Shown here: one piece after another, positions 56,228 through 64,000 of the stretch
Numbering within the stretch: position 1 is the stretch's first letter
Layout of the letters: the number at the start of each line of letters is the position of its first letter
Source: an uncultured Clostridia bacterium
Lineage (GTDB): Bacteria > Bacillota > Clostridia > Lachnospirales > Lachnospiraceae
Reading direction: 5' to 3'
Assembly: GCA_937890745.1 (NCBI GenBank)
Contig: CALADH010000013.1
Span: 5,031-69,030, forward strand
DNA length: 64,000 bases
Made by a program: the position numbers and the translations under genes
Notes under the pieces: model-generated
What the model was told of the DNA's origin: nothing
Databases searched by the model: none
What the model saw: the letters and a program-made list of their open reading frames with translations, nothing else

Positions 56228-56617
56228 CTAAAATGAAATGCCGTCGATGTTATCGCTGGCGCTTTTATCTTCAATTTGAATCACAAGCTTATTTGGCAGG
56301 CAGCTTATAGGTAGCGCTGTATTTTTGATAAAGCCCATATTGATGCAGACTTTATCGGGACAGCTGGACTCGGTGACAGCAATTTCACCGGGCCGGACTT
56401 CAATCGTATTATAGGCGCCGTTTTCACCTTCAACGGTGAATGTATAGCTTTCGGTGACGGCGGACAGGTCAATTGATTTGATAAGCGTACCGTCCTGATA
56501 AATTTTGGCCGTCAGCACAGCGGAAGATTTTCTTGTATAGATAAAAATACTGCCGGCGATGCCGAGAATTAAAAGCAGGGCAGCGGCAGCGATACATATT
56601 TTTTTTGTACGGTTCAT
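56228..56617 (-). CDS. NusG domain II-containing (DUF1312-like) membrane-anchored protein
   Basis: 129 aa with an N-terminal TM segment. The motifs CPDKVCINMGFI ... ISCLPNKLVI are typical of this family. Confidence 0.7.
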   Translation of the reverse strand: MNRTKKICIAAAALLLILGIAGSIFIYTRKSSAVLTAKIYQDGTLIKSIDLSAVTESYTFTVEGENGAYNTIEVRPGEIAVTESSCPDKVCINMGFIKNTALPISCLPNKLVIQIEDKSASDNIDGISF

Positions 56618-56701
56618 AAGTCACTCCTTTGTATATGTGCTGTAAAATAATTTCAGTATTCAGTATAAGACGAAATATCAATTTTTTCAAGAGGTGAAGA
56701 C

Positions 56702-57715
56702 ATGGATAGAGATGACATCATTATAAAAAAGGTAATTATACATATTTTAGATTCCTATATGGGAATGCCGGTGCTTTCAGATAAAGAGCTGGAATGCGGG
56801 CCGGATTTATATGAATTTTTCAGGGCACATCTTGAAAAAGTGACAAACAGCGATGATATTAAGGCGTGCCGTTTTGAGGAAGATTCAGTTGTGCCGGTGA
56901 TGCTTGAGGGCTTTATGCCGGAAAGCTTTGTGGATGTCAGCCGTGCGCTGGCTGAGGAGCTTTACCGCATTATGAATGCAAATATTGATATTCCGGCGGC
57001 AGATTTGGCGGTGATTTTATTCAGATATAGCGAGAAGGATTATCTGGGTCTTTTAAAAATGAATTATAAATCATCCTACACACATTTTACGGTATCGGAT
57101 TTTGGTGAAAATACAAATGATATTATTATGCAAAAAGCGCTGCTTCCGTCAGAGAGCCAAAGACTTTCGGAGGCGGCAGTGATTGATTTGGAGACGATGG
57201 ATATACAGCTTCTTGAAAAGAAGTATGATATTAACGGGACAAAGGTGAATTATATGTCCAATCTGTTTTTAAAATGTCATGCGCCCCTGTCTCAAAAGGC
57301 ACGCCTTGATATTGTGGCAAAGGCTGTAGAGCAGGTGAATAACAAGTATTTTGACAAAGAAGATATTGACCGGAAGATGGAAGTCAAAAAGATTATTCAT
57401 AATGAATTGGAAGAATCCGGCGCCTTGAATGTGGCATCAGTGAAGGAAAAAATTTTTAAGGATAATGACGAGATGAAAAAGGATTTTGAGGAAAAGCTTG
57501 AGAAATATCATCTCGATGAATCGGTGGAAATCCGTCCTCAAAATAAACAGACGGTTAAAAAATTTGAGCGCCAGCATTTAAAGACGGACACTGGCATAGA
57601 AATTACAATACCGATGGACCAGTACGGCAATAATGAAAATGTAGAGTTTTTTACAAATCCGGACGGAACGATTTCCGTGATGATTAAAAATATCGGAAAG
57701 CTGACAAGCAACTAG
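56702..57715 (+). CDS. Nucleoid-associated protein (NdpA/YejK-like family)
   Basis: GAGGTG SD. The N-terminus [24 protein letters not shown] matches the family pattern. The length is 337 aa. Confidence 0.65.
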   Translation: MDRDDIIIKKVIIHILDSYMGMPVLSDKELECGPDLYEFFRAHLEKVTNSDDIKACRFEEDSVVPVMLEGFMPESFVDVSRALAEELYRIMNANIDIPAADLAVILFRYSEKDYLGLLKMNYKSSYTHFTVSDFGENTNDIIMQKALLPSESQRLSEAAVIDLETMDIQLLEKKYDINGTKVNYMSNLFLKCHAPLSQKARLDIVAKAVEQVNNKYFDKEDIDRKMEVKKIIHNELEESGALNVASVKEKIFKDNDEMKKDFEEKLEKYHLDESVEIRPQNKQTVKKFERQHLKTDTGIEITIPMDQYGNNENVEFFTNPDGTISVMIKNIGKLTSN

Positions 57716-57728
57716 GAGGGACAACATC

Positions 57729-58652
57729 ATGCCAATTAAAATAAAAGATGATTTACCGGCAAGAAAAATTTTGGAAAATGAGCATATTTTTGTAATGACA
57801 GAGCATCGGGCGCTGACGCAGGACATCCGCCCGCTGAAGATTCTTATTTTGAATCTTATGCCGACAAAGGTTGAGACGGAGACACAGATTCTGCGCTGTC
57901 TTTCAAACACGCCGCTGCAGATTGAGGCAGAGCTTCTGCAGACAGAGACGTATCAGGCAAAAAATACGTCGGAGGAGCATATGCTTGCTTTTTATAAAAC
58001 CTTTGACGAGGTGAAGGAAAGCCGCTATGACGGTCTGATTATTACGGGGGCGCCGGTAGAGATGATGGATTTTGAAGAAGTGGAATACTGGGACGAGCTT
58101 TGCCGGATTATGGAATGGTCAAAGACACATGTCCATTCGACTTTCCATATTTGCTGGGGAGCGCAGGCCGGACTTTATTATCATTACGGCGTTCCGAAAT
58201 ATATTCTCGATCATAAAATATCGGGTGTATTTAAGCACCGGATGCTTAACCCGAAATCCCGGCTGTTCAGAGGCTTTGACGAGCATTTTTATGTGCCTCA
58301 TTCAAGACATACTGAGGTGCGGGCGGAGGATATTTTAAAAATACCGCAGCTGCGTATTATGGCAGATTCCGACGAGGCCGGTGTTTATATTGTCGGCAAT
58401 GAGAGCGGTTCTCAGTTTTTTGTGATGGGACATTCCGAATATGATGCGGACACGCTGGCCAAAGAATATTTCAGAGATCTTGAAAAGGGGATGAATCCTG
58501 ATATTCCGGCTCACTATTTTCCGGATGACGATCCGTCTAAAAAGCCGGAGATGAAATGGCGGGCACACGGCACATGGATATATTCAAACTGGCTTAATTA
58601 TTTTGTATATCAGACGACGCCTTACGAGCTTGATCAAACAATGGAAGGATGA
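57729..58652 (+). CDS. metA: Homoserine O-acyltransferase, MetA family
   Basis: [23 protein letters not shown]...[25 protein letters not shown] and [13 protein letters not shown] (catalytic Cys region) are typical of MetA. Confidence 0.9.
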   Translation: MPIKIKDDLPARKILENEHIFVMTEHRALTQDIRPLKILILNLMPTKVETETQILRCLSNTPLQIEAELLQTETYQAKNTSEEHMLAFYKTFDEVKESRYDGLIITGAPVEMMDFEEVEYWDELCRIMEWSKTHVHSTFHICWGAQAGLYYHYGVPKYILDHKISGVFKHRMLNPKSRLFRGFDEHFYVPHSRHTEVRAEDILKIPQLRIMADSDEAGVYIVGNESGSQFFVMGHSEYDADTLAKEYFRDLEKGMNPDIPAHYFPDDDPSKKPEMKWRAHGTWIYSNWLNYFVYQTTPYELDQTMEG

Positions 58653-58662
58653 TGAGATTTCG

Positions 58663-61059
58663 ATGGAAAACAGCAGCTATACAGGTCTTACAAGTGCCGA
58701 AGTCAGAAAGCGCATCGACGACGGTCTGATTAATGAGACAAATAATAATGTATCAAAGACAAAAAAAGAGATTATCCTCACACATACACTGACATACTTT
58801 AACTTTTTAAATATATTTCTTGGTATTATTGTCATATGTTCGGGACAGCTTAAGAATCTGACATTTTTAGGCGTTATTATTATTAATTCAGTGATTGGTA
58901 TTATTCAGGAGCTGAAGGTGAAAAAGCTTGTGGACGGTCTGTCAGTGATTACAGCCTCTAAAGTGAAAGTTATAAGAAATGGCCGGCAGCAGGAGATACC
59001 GATTGACGAGCTTGTCATGGATGATGTGATGGCGGTGGAGTCAGGCAATCAGATTGGTGCGGACAGTATTGTGCTTTCGGGCGAGGGTATTGAGGTCAAT
59101 GAGTCAATGATTACCGGTGAATCTCATGCCGTGAAGAAATTTAAGGGCGATACACTCTGGTCAGGCAGTTATCTTGTGGCCGGCAGCGGTGTTGCACAGG
59201 TTGTTCATGTCGGCAAAGATAATTACGCGGTCGAGCTTGCCAATAAGGCTAAAGACAAGAAGCGTGCCACATCGGAAATGCAGGATTCCATTAAGCGGAT
59301 TATCAAAATTATCGGCTTTGTCATTATTCCGGTAGGAATACTTTTATTCCTCTCACAGAGAAGCATTGACGGCACAAGCCTGTCTGACGCGATGGTCAAT
59401 ACGGTTGCCGGTGTGATCGGCATGATTCCTGAGGGGCTTGTATTGCTCACAAGTATTTCCTTTATTTTGGGCGTCGGCCGTCTTGCAAGAAAGCGGGCAC
59501 TTGTGCAGGAAATGGAAGCTATTGAAGCGCTGGCCCGCGTTAATGTGTTATGTACAGATAAGACGGGAACAATTACGACGGGGGAACTGAAGGTTAAGGA
59601 AATTATTCCGATTGACAAAGAGCTTTTGGTTCACCCTGCTGATGGTGCTTACGAGGAAAGCTGTGAGGCGGACGCGGAGACGAAAGCGGCAGGGATTGAA
59701 AAGATTAAAGAAGTCATGAATGAGATTGCTTTTGCGTTTAATGATGTCAACAGCACGCAGACGGCTCTCATGAATTATTTTGAAAAAACGGCGGCATGGG
59801 AAATTGAAGACCTTATTCCGTTTTCGTCGGCGAGAAAGTACCGTGCCATAAGCTTTGCGGCCCACGGTGCTTATGTGCTCGGCGCGCCGGAGTTTATTTT
59901 AAAGGGAACGGCTTATACAGATGTTTTAGATCTTGTTGAGCCATATTCAAAACAGGGGCTTCGTGTCCTTTTGCTCGCTTCTGCAGAAAGTATTTCAAGC
60001 AGTGAGGAAACAGTTTCGGGCATTAAGCCGGTCGGCCTTATTCTTATTTCAGATATTATAAGGACAGAGGCGAGGGCGACCTTTGATTATTTTGCAAGCC
60101 AAAATGTCGATGTGAAGGTTATTTCCGGTGATAATCCGGCCACAGTATCGTATATTGCCGTGGAGGCCGGACTTAAAGACGGTGATAAATATATTGATGC
60201 AACACAGCTTCCTGAGGATGATTCGGAGCTTCGCAATGTGATCTGCAATTATACGGTTTTCGGCCGTGTTACGCCGGAGCAGAAGCAGCGTATCATCAAG
60301 GCTTATCAGGCCAATGAAAAAATTGTCGGTATGGTCGGCGACGGTGTCAATGATGTTCTTGCGTTAAAAGATGCCGACTGTGGTATTGCCATGGCAGCCG
60401 GTTCCGATGCGGCAAAACAGGTGGCGCACATTGTACTGCTCGATTCGGATTTTGCATGTATGCAGGATATTGTCCGCGAGGGGCGCATGATTATTTCAAA
60501 TATCGAAAGAGTCAGCGCGCTTTACCTTACAAAGACAATTTATTCTGTCCTTTTATCGGTTATTTTTATATTGCTTGGACGGGCATATCCGTTTATACCG
60601 ATTCATTTAAGTATTATCAGTGCAACAGCCATCGGACTTCCAAGCTTCCTGCTTACGCTGGAGCAGACAGAAACAGTGACACAAAACGGCTTTTTAAAGC
60701 ACGTACTGCGAATCAGTCTTCCGGGTGCATTGACGATGGTCGGCGCAATGCTTTTAAATCAGCTTCTTTCGGCGGTGCTCGGCTTTGACGAGACAATGCT
60801 TGCCACATACAATCTGCTTGTCGCAGGTTTAATCAGTATGCTCGTACTCGTCTATGTGTGCAGCCCGATGAACAAAAAGCGAAAAGCGCTCTGCATTGTA
60901 TGCGTCAGCCTGTTTATACTGGCATTACTCGTATTACCGGGATTTTTCAGTATTACATCATTGTTCGTATGGCGGATGATATTTGTCGTACCGCTGTTCT
61001 GGCTTGTCTACGTCGCAATGAAACTGCTCGTCATGCTCATGCGGCGGTTTGTAAAATAA
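58663..61059 (+). CDS. Cation-translocating P-type ATPase
   Basis: The ORF track starts at 58603, inside metA. I prefer the ATG at 58663. Motifs seen: TGES (MITGESHAV), the phosphorylation site CTDKTGTITTG, and the hinge VGDGVNDVLALK. Confidence 0.9.
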   Translation: MENSSYTGLTSAEVRKRIDDGLINETNNNVSKTKKEIILTHTLTYFNFLNIFLGIIVICSGQLKNLTFLGVIIINSVIGIIQELKVKKLVDGLSVITASKVKVIRNGRQQEIPIDELVMDDVMAVESGNQIGADSIVLSGEGIEVNESMITGESHAVKKFKGDTLWSGSYLVAGSGVAQVVHVGKDNYAVELANKAKDKKRATSEMQDSIKRIIKIIGFVIIPVGILLFLSQRSIDGTSLSDAMVNTVAGVIGMIPEGLVLLTSISFILGVGRLARKRALVQEMEAIEALARVNVLCTDKTGTITTGELKVKEIIPIDKELLVHPADGAYEESCEADAETKAAGIEKIKEVMNEIAFAFNDVNSTQTALMNYFEKTAAWEIEDLIPFSSARKYRAISFAAHGAYVLGAPEFILKGTAYTDVLDLVEPYSKQGLRVLLLASAESISSSEETVSGIKPVGLILISDIIRTEARATFDYFASQNVDVKVISGDNPATVSYIAVEAGLKDGDKYIDATQLPEDDSELRNVICNYTVFGRVTPEQKQRIIKAYQANEKIVGMVGDGVNDVLALKDADCGIAMAAGSDAAKQVAHIVLLDSDFACMQDIVREGRMIISNIERVSALYLTKTIYSVLLSVIFILLGRAYPFIPIHLSIISATAIGLPSFLLTLEQTETVTQNGFLKHVLRISLPGALTMVGAMLLNQLLSAVLGFDETMLATYNLLVAGLISMLVLVYVCSPMNKKRKALCIVCVSLFILALLVLPGFFSITSLFVWRMIFVVPLFWLVYVAMKLLVMLMRRFVK

Positions 61060-61064
61060 TAGGC

Positions 61065-61141
61065 GCCCGCGGTATGTATGCTTTTCATCGTGCAGCTGCA
61101 GAATGCTGTGTCCATGAAAGGATATATACCGCGGGCTTTTT
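61065..61141 (+). terminator. Terminator after the P-type ATPase gene (long-loop hairpin)
   Basis: GCCCGCGGTAT (61065-61075) pairs with ATACCGCGGGC (61126-61136) and is followed by TTTTT. The 50-nt loop contains the palindrome TGCAGCTGCA. Confidence 0.55.
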
Positions 61142-61159
61142 GTGTGCGGCTGCGGTGGC

Positions 61160-62416
61160 TTATATCAGTTCTGCGATGCGGCTGACGCCGACGTAGATTT
61201 CGCTGATTTTGTACCATGTTCTGTAGTCGACAATGCCGGTTTGGGGAAGACCGAAGATTTTTTGAAATTCCTTCACGGCGTTTGCGGTTGCTGGGCCGTA
61301 GATACCGTCAACGGCGATGGTCGGCAGTGCCGGGTAGTTTCTTGCGATTCTGTTTAATTGTTCTTGCATCTGCATGACTTTTTGACCGCGGGAGCCGATA
61401 GTTAAATTGCTGCCCGGCCATGATGACGGAATACCGCTGATTTGTTCTGCTGTGTTGATATACATATCATCGCCGTAATAGTAGCGCAGGATTTCTATTG
61501 GTTCATAGCCCTGCTCACCGAGTGTTTTGGAACCCCACTGGCTCATCCATTGAGGACAGGTGACACGGCTGCCGTCACAGTATTGGGTGAGAATCGGCTG
61601 CCGCACATTGGGGCGCGAGAGGAAGTTTGTAAAAATTGTGTCAACGACCTCAGAAATACTTTCATACACATTTCTGCCCGGCACAAAGAAGTGGTCATAA
61701 GCTGTGGAATTTGTAATAGTGAAGTTAAAACCTTTATTTCTGTACCATTCCGTGTAAACCCTGTTTAATGTAAACGACATGATGGCAAGGACGTTGGCAA
61801 CGATGGTGCTTTCGGGCCATGTGGCATAAATTTCACTTGAGGCAACATTTTTGATATAGTCTTTATACGGAACATAATAATTTTTTGCGCCCGCATCGCC
61901 CGGAGGTCCGGTGTGGACAACAATGGTTTCGGGGATAACGACGCGGCTTAAGACAATTTCACCGCTTTCGCTGACCGGCTTTATTTCATCTTCAGGAATT
62001 TTCGGAGGATATTCGCCGTAGAGCGTATGTGCCGGAATAACAATGTTTGACGGCGCTGTTTCAAGTGGGACAAGCTGTACCGGCTGAACAGCTGTTTCGC
62101 CGGATAAAAGCTGGGTGTTATTGATGACGGCTGTCTCATATCCGGGTGCGGATATCGTCAGCGTATATTCGCTGTAGGGCTGGGTAGATTCCGGCTCAAG
62201 GCTGTATTCAACCGGCGGTGTTGTCAGCTCAATCGTGCCGGTCTGCCCGGATGCATCGGTTGTCAGCTGTTCAATGGCATTTGTCTGTCCGGGGTAGGAT
62301 ATGTTGACGGTAGCGCCGGCAACAGGTGTATACGTCAGTTCTGCATTAATTGAAACGCGCAGCCGACCGAAGGATTGCGTATTTGTGACCGCCGGCATAA
62401 TCTGGGTTATTTCCAT
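61160..62416 (-). CDS. sleC: SleC-like spore cortex-lytic enzyme with a C-terminal peptidoglycan-binding domain
   Basis: Long stretches match my memory of clostridial SleC: HTLYGEYPPKIPE, YIKNVASSEIYATWPE, FTLNRVYTEWYRNKGFNFTIT, QYCDG. The C-terminal PG_binding_1 pattern is VDGIYGPATANAVKEFQKIFGLPQTGIVDYRTW. Confidence 0.7.
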   Translation of the reverse strand: MEITQIMPAVTNTQSFGRLRVSINAELTYTPVAGATVNISYPGQTNAIEQLTTDASGQTGTIELTTPPVEYSLEPESTQPYSEYTLTISAPGYETAVINNTQLLSGETAVQPVQLVPLETAPSNIVIPAHTLYGEYPPKIPEDEIKPVSESGEIVLSRVVIPETIVVHTGPPGDAGAKNYYVPYKDYIKNVASSEIYATWPESTIVANVLAIMSFTLNRVYTEWYRNKGFNFTITNSTAYDHFFVPGRNVYESISEVVDTIFTNFLSRPNVRQPILTQYCDGSRVTCPQWMSQWGSKTLGEQGYEPIEILRYYYGDDMYINTAEQISGIPSSWPGSNLTIGSRGQKVMQMQEQLNRIARNYPALPTIAVDGIYGPATANAVKEFQKIFGLPQTGIVDYRTWYKISEIYVGVSRIAELI

Positions 62417-62577
62417 AAAACATCCTTTCTTAAAATCTAAAAGACTTGTTATTAAAAATTATATGCACATCGGCTTCAAATGTGAGGGAAAGTGTGTTAT
62501 ACTGGAAATAGCTTTTTAATGATACATTAAGATTGCCGGCAGCGTATGGCGCCGGTCATAAGGTGGAGTGATATATT

Positions 62578-62853
62578 ATGGTTACGGGGAAATATGTAAT
62601 TAAAGATGTGTTGGGGATACACATGAAGCCAGCCAGCAATATTGCGGAAATCGCCCTTTCTTTTAAATGCTCGGTTATGCTTTCTCATGACGGTCACTGT
62701 GTCAATGGCAAAAGTATGCTGAGTGTTTTAAGCCTCGGCGCGAAGAAAGGATATGAAATTGAGGTATGCTGTGACGGTGAGGATGAAAAGGAAGCGCTCG
62801 CCGCAATTTTGCAGTGTGTTGAGAAAGATAATTCAGTAAAACAGTCGATATGA
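62578..62853 (+). CDS. HPr-family phosphocarrier protein
   Basis: 91 aa. His15 (LGIHMKPA) and Ser46 (NGKSMLSVLSLGA) sit at their canonical positions. Confidence 0.8.
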   Translation: MVTGKYVIKDVLGIHMKPASNIAEIALSFKCSVMLSHDGHCVNGKSMLSVLSLGAKKGYEIEVCCDGEDEKEALAAILQCVEKDNSVKQSI

Positions 62854-62855
62854 TA

Positions 62856-62881
62856 AAAGCCGCCGCAAGGGCGGCTTTTTC
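62856..62881 (+). terminator. Rho-independent terminator after the HPr-like gene
   Basis: GCCGCC (62859-62864) pairs with GGCGGC (62870-62875) and is followed by TTTTT. Confidence 0.8.
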
Positions 62882-63077
62882 AAGTTGCAATAACTATCAA
62901 GAATTTTATGTATTTTGTATTGCAAATAGAATAAAAACAGTATATAATATATTTAAAAATACTAGCCACGGAGATTATTGGAGAAAAAGGCATACGACAG
63001 TTTCGTTCTGTTTGTATGCCTTTTTGTGGGTATTTTTTAACAAAATGTACAAATATGTAGTGAAAAGGAGGATGTTT

Positions 63078-64000
63078 ATGAAACAAAAAAAAATCAATGC
63101 CAAAATCGGATTATGTATTGCATTAATATTGTGTCTTATTAGTATGATTGCGGTATCACTTATTCAAACTGGGGGAAATCAAATCAAAATTAAAAAAATG
63201 TCGTGGGAAACTTCTGCAGGTCATCAAATTAGCGCTGATTTATGGATTCCGCCAAATGCGACGATAAAATCGCCTGCCCCGGCGGTTATTACTATTGAAG
63301 GATGGTACAATAATAAAGAAATGCAGGATTTATATACTATAGAATTAGCACGTCGAGGTTATGTTGTTCTCACGATGGATCTGCATGGACATGGAAATTC
63401 AGAAAGTCTTCCTTCAGATCAATTGTACGAAGGCGCAGTTGGTGTAGATGGTGCTGTTCAGATGGTTGCAAGTTTGCCGTATGTGGATACTTCCCGTATT
63501 GGTATCAGTGGTCATTCTAGCGGAGGAACTGCAGCTAACATGGCTGTTACTATTGATAATACACGGGAAACACCGCTTATTGCCGCTATTCTCCATCAAG
63601 CTGCTGACTGGCAAGATGATACGGGCGGAGACCACAGCGGTGAATATGGAAATCGTAGTATTGGCATAATTGCCAGTGAATACGATGATTTCTATTTCGG
63701 AACATATGATGAAAATGGTGAAATGCTTACCACGCCTAGAGAATTTATGCAAACTGAAGGGGCAAAAAAATTTTTGAATTTTAATGATGATATTACTTCT
63801 TTTGAAGGTGATGCTTTGGCAAATCATTTTTATGAACGTGAAATTGATGAAAAGAATGCATATCGTATCATTTACCGACCAACTTGTATTCATCCAGCGG
63901 TTGTATTTTCACCTACTTGTGTGGAGTATGCTGTAGAGTTTTTTGATACTGTATTTGGCGCACCTAATCCAATTGCAGCATCTAATCAAATTTGGCAATG
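63078..64000 (+). CDS. Membrane-anchored alpha/beta hydrolase, 3' end outside the window
   Basis: Not in the ORF track because there is no stop before the window ends. I translated it by hand: the ATG at 63078 follows AAAGGAGG (63064-63071), and the frame is open to base 64000. It has an N-terminal TM segment (IGLCIALILCLISMIAVSLI), HGHGNSE, and the nucleophile elbow GISGHSSGG. Confidence 0.7.
   Translation, partial: MKQKKINAKIGLCIALILCLISMIAVSLIQTGGNQIKIKKMSWETSAGHQISADLWIPPNATIKSPAPAVITIEGWYNNKEMQDLYTIELARRGYVVLTMDLHGHGNSESLPSDQLYEGAVGVDGAVQMVASLPYVDTSRIGISGHSSGGTAANMAVTIDNTRETPLIAAILHQAADWQDDTGGDHSGEYGNRSIGIIASEYDDFYFGTYDENGEMLTTPREFMQTEGAKKFLNFNDDITSFEGDALANHFYEREIDEKNAYRIIYRPTCIHPAVVFSPTCVEYAVEFFDTVFGAPNPIAASNQIWQ

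Noticed and set aside
57716-57728. A SAM riboswitch or T-box upstream of metA
   Set aside because: The gap to the preceding gene is only 13 nt, so there is no room for a leader RNA. metA appears to be co-transcribed with the nucleoid-associated protein gene.
63414-63893. 159-aa minus-strand ORF in the supplied track
   Set aside because: It is antisense to the hand-translated alpha/beta hydrolase frame. That frame has an SD, a TM anchor and a GxSxG motif, while the minus-strand product is low-complexity.

Overview
This 64-kb window appears to come from a Gram-positive anaerobe, probably a Clostridia / Lachnospiraceae-like genome. The taxon is an inference from GGAGG-type ribosome-binding sites, a SleC-type germination enzyme, [FeFe]-hydrogenases, and NiaR, BirA, Rex-type and PerR-type regulatory logic. 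I recognised no rRNA, tRNA, CRISPR array, transposase or integrase.

Most of the window is ordinary core metabolism:
- a sulfatase / GPH symporter / GH3 locus
- nadABC-niaR
- birA-bioY
- ldh
- an AraC + ABC transporter + GH3 sugar locus
- carB and gdhA
- rho-rpmE-DUF1385-prmC-prfA
- two aminotransferases
- a DinG/XPD-type helicase-nuclease
- a sensory-hydrogenase / PP2C / [FeFe]-hydrogenase cluster
- a PerR-like regulator with reverse rubrerythrin
- fucO, metA, a P-type ATPase, a SleC-like enzyme and an HPr-like protein

The best candidate for something new is a ~2.1-kb AT-rich island at about 36.93-39.09 kb. It lies between a secreted DUF4214-repeat protein gene and the helicase gene. It carries a tightly coupled gene pair:
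- a 448-aa ABC/SMC-type ATPase with Walker A, signature, Walker B and H-loop motifs all visible
- a 207-aa protein with a clear PD-(D/E)xK nuclease-like motif (D78, E93-L-K95)

This resembles the ATPase-plus-nuclease logic of Septu, Gabija, PARIS and AbiL, but with a partner I cannot assign to a named family.

Other items worth a second look:
- an A9 homopolymer that splits a zinc-ribbon membrane protein gene
- a membrane-tethered sigma factor fusion in a small accessory cluster
- a Rho factor with a 72-nt-period repeat encoding an R/D/S/E-rich insertion
- several well-defined operator palindromes (BirA, Rex-like, PerR-like, cre-like)
- a carB gene with no carA next to it

All family assignments rest on motif reading and memory. 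No database search was run.
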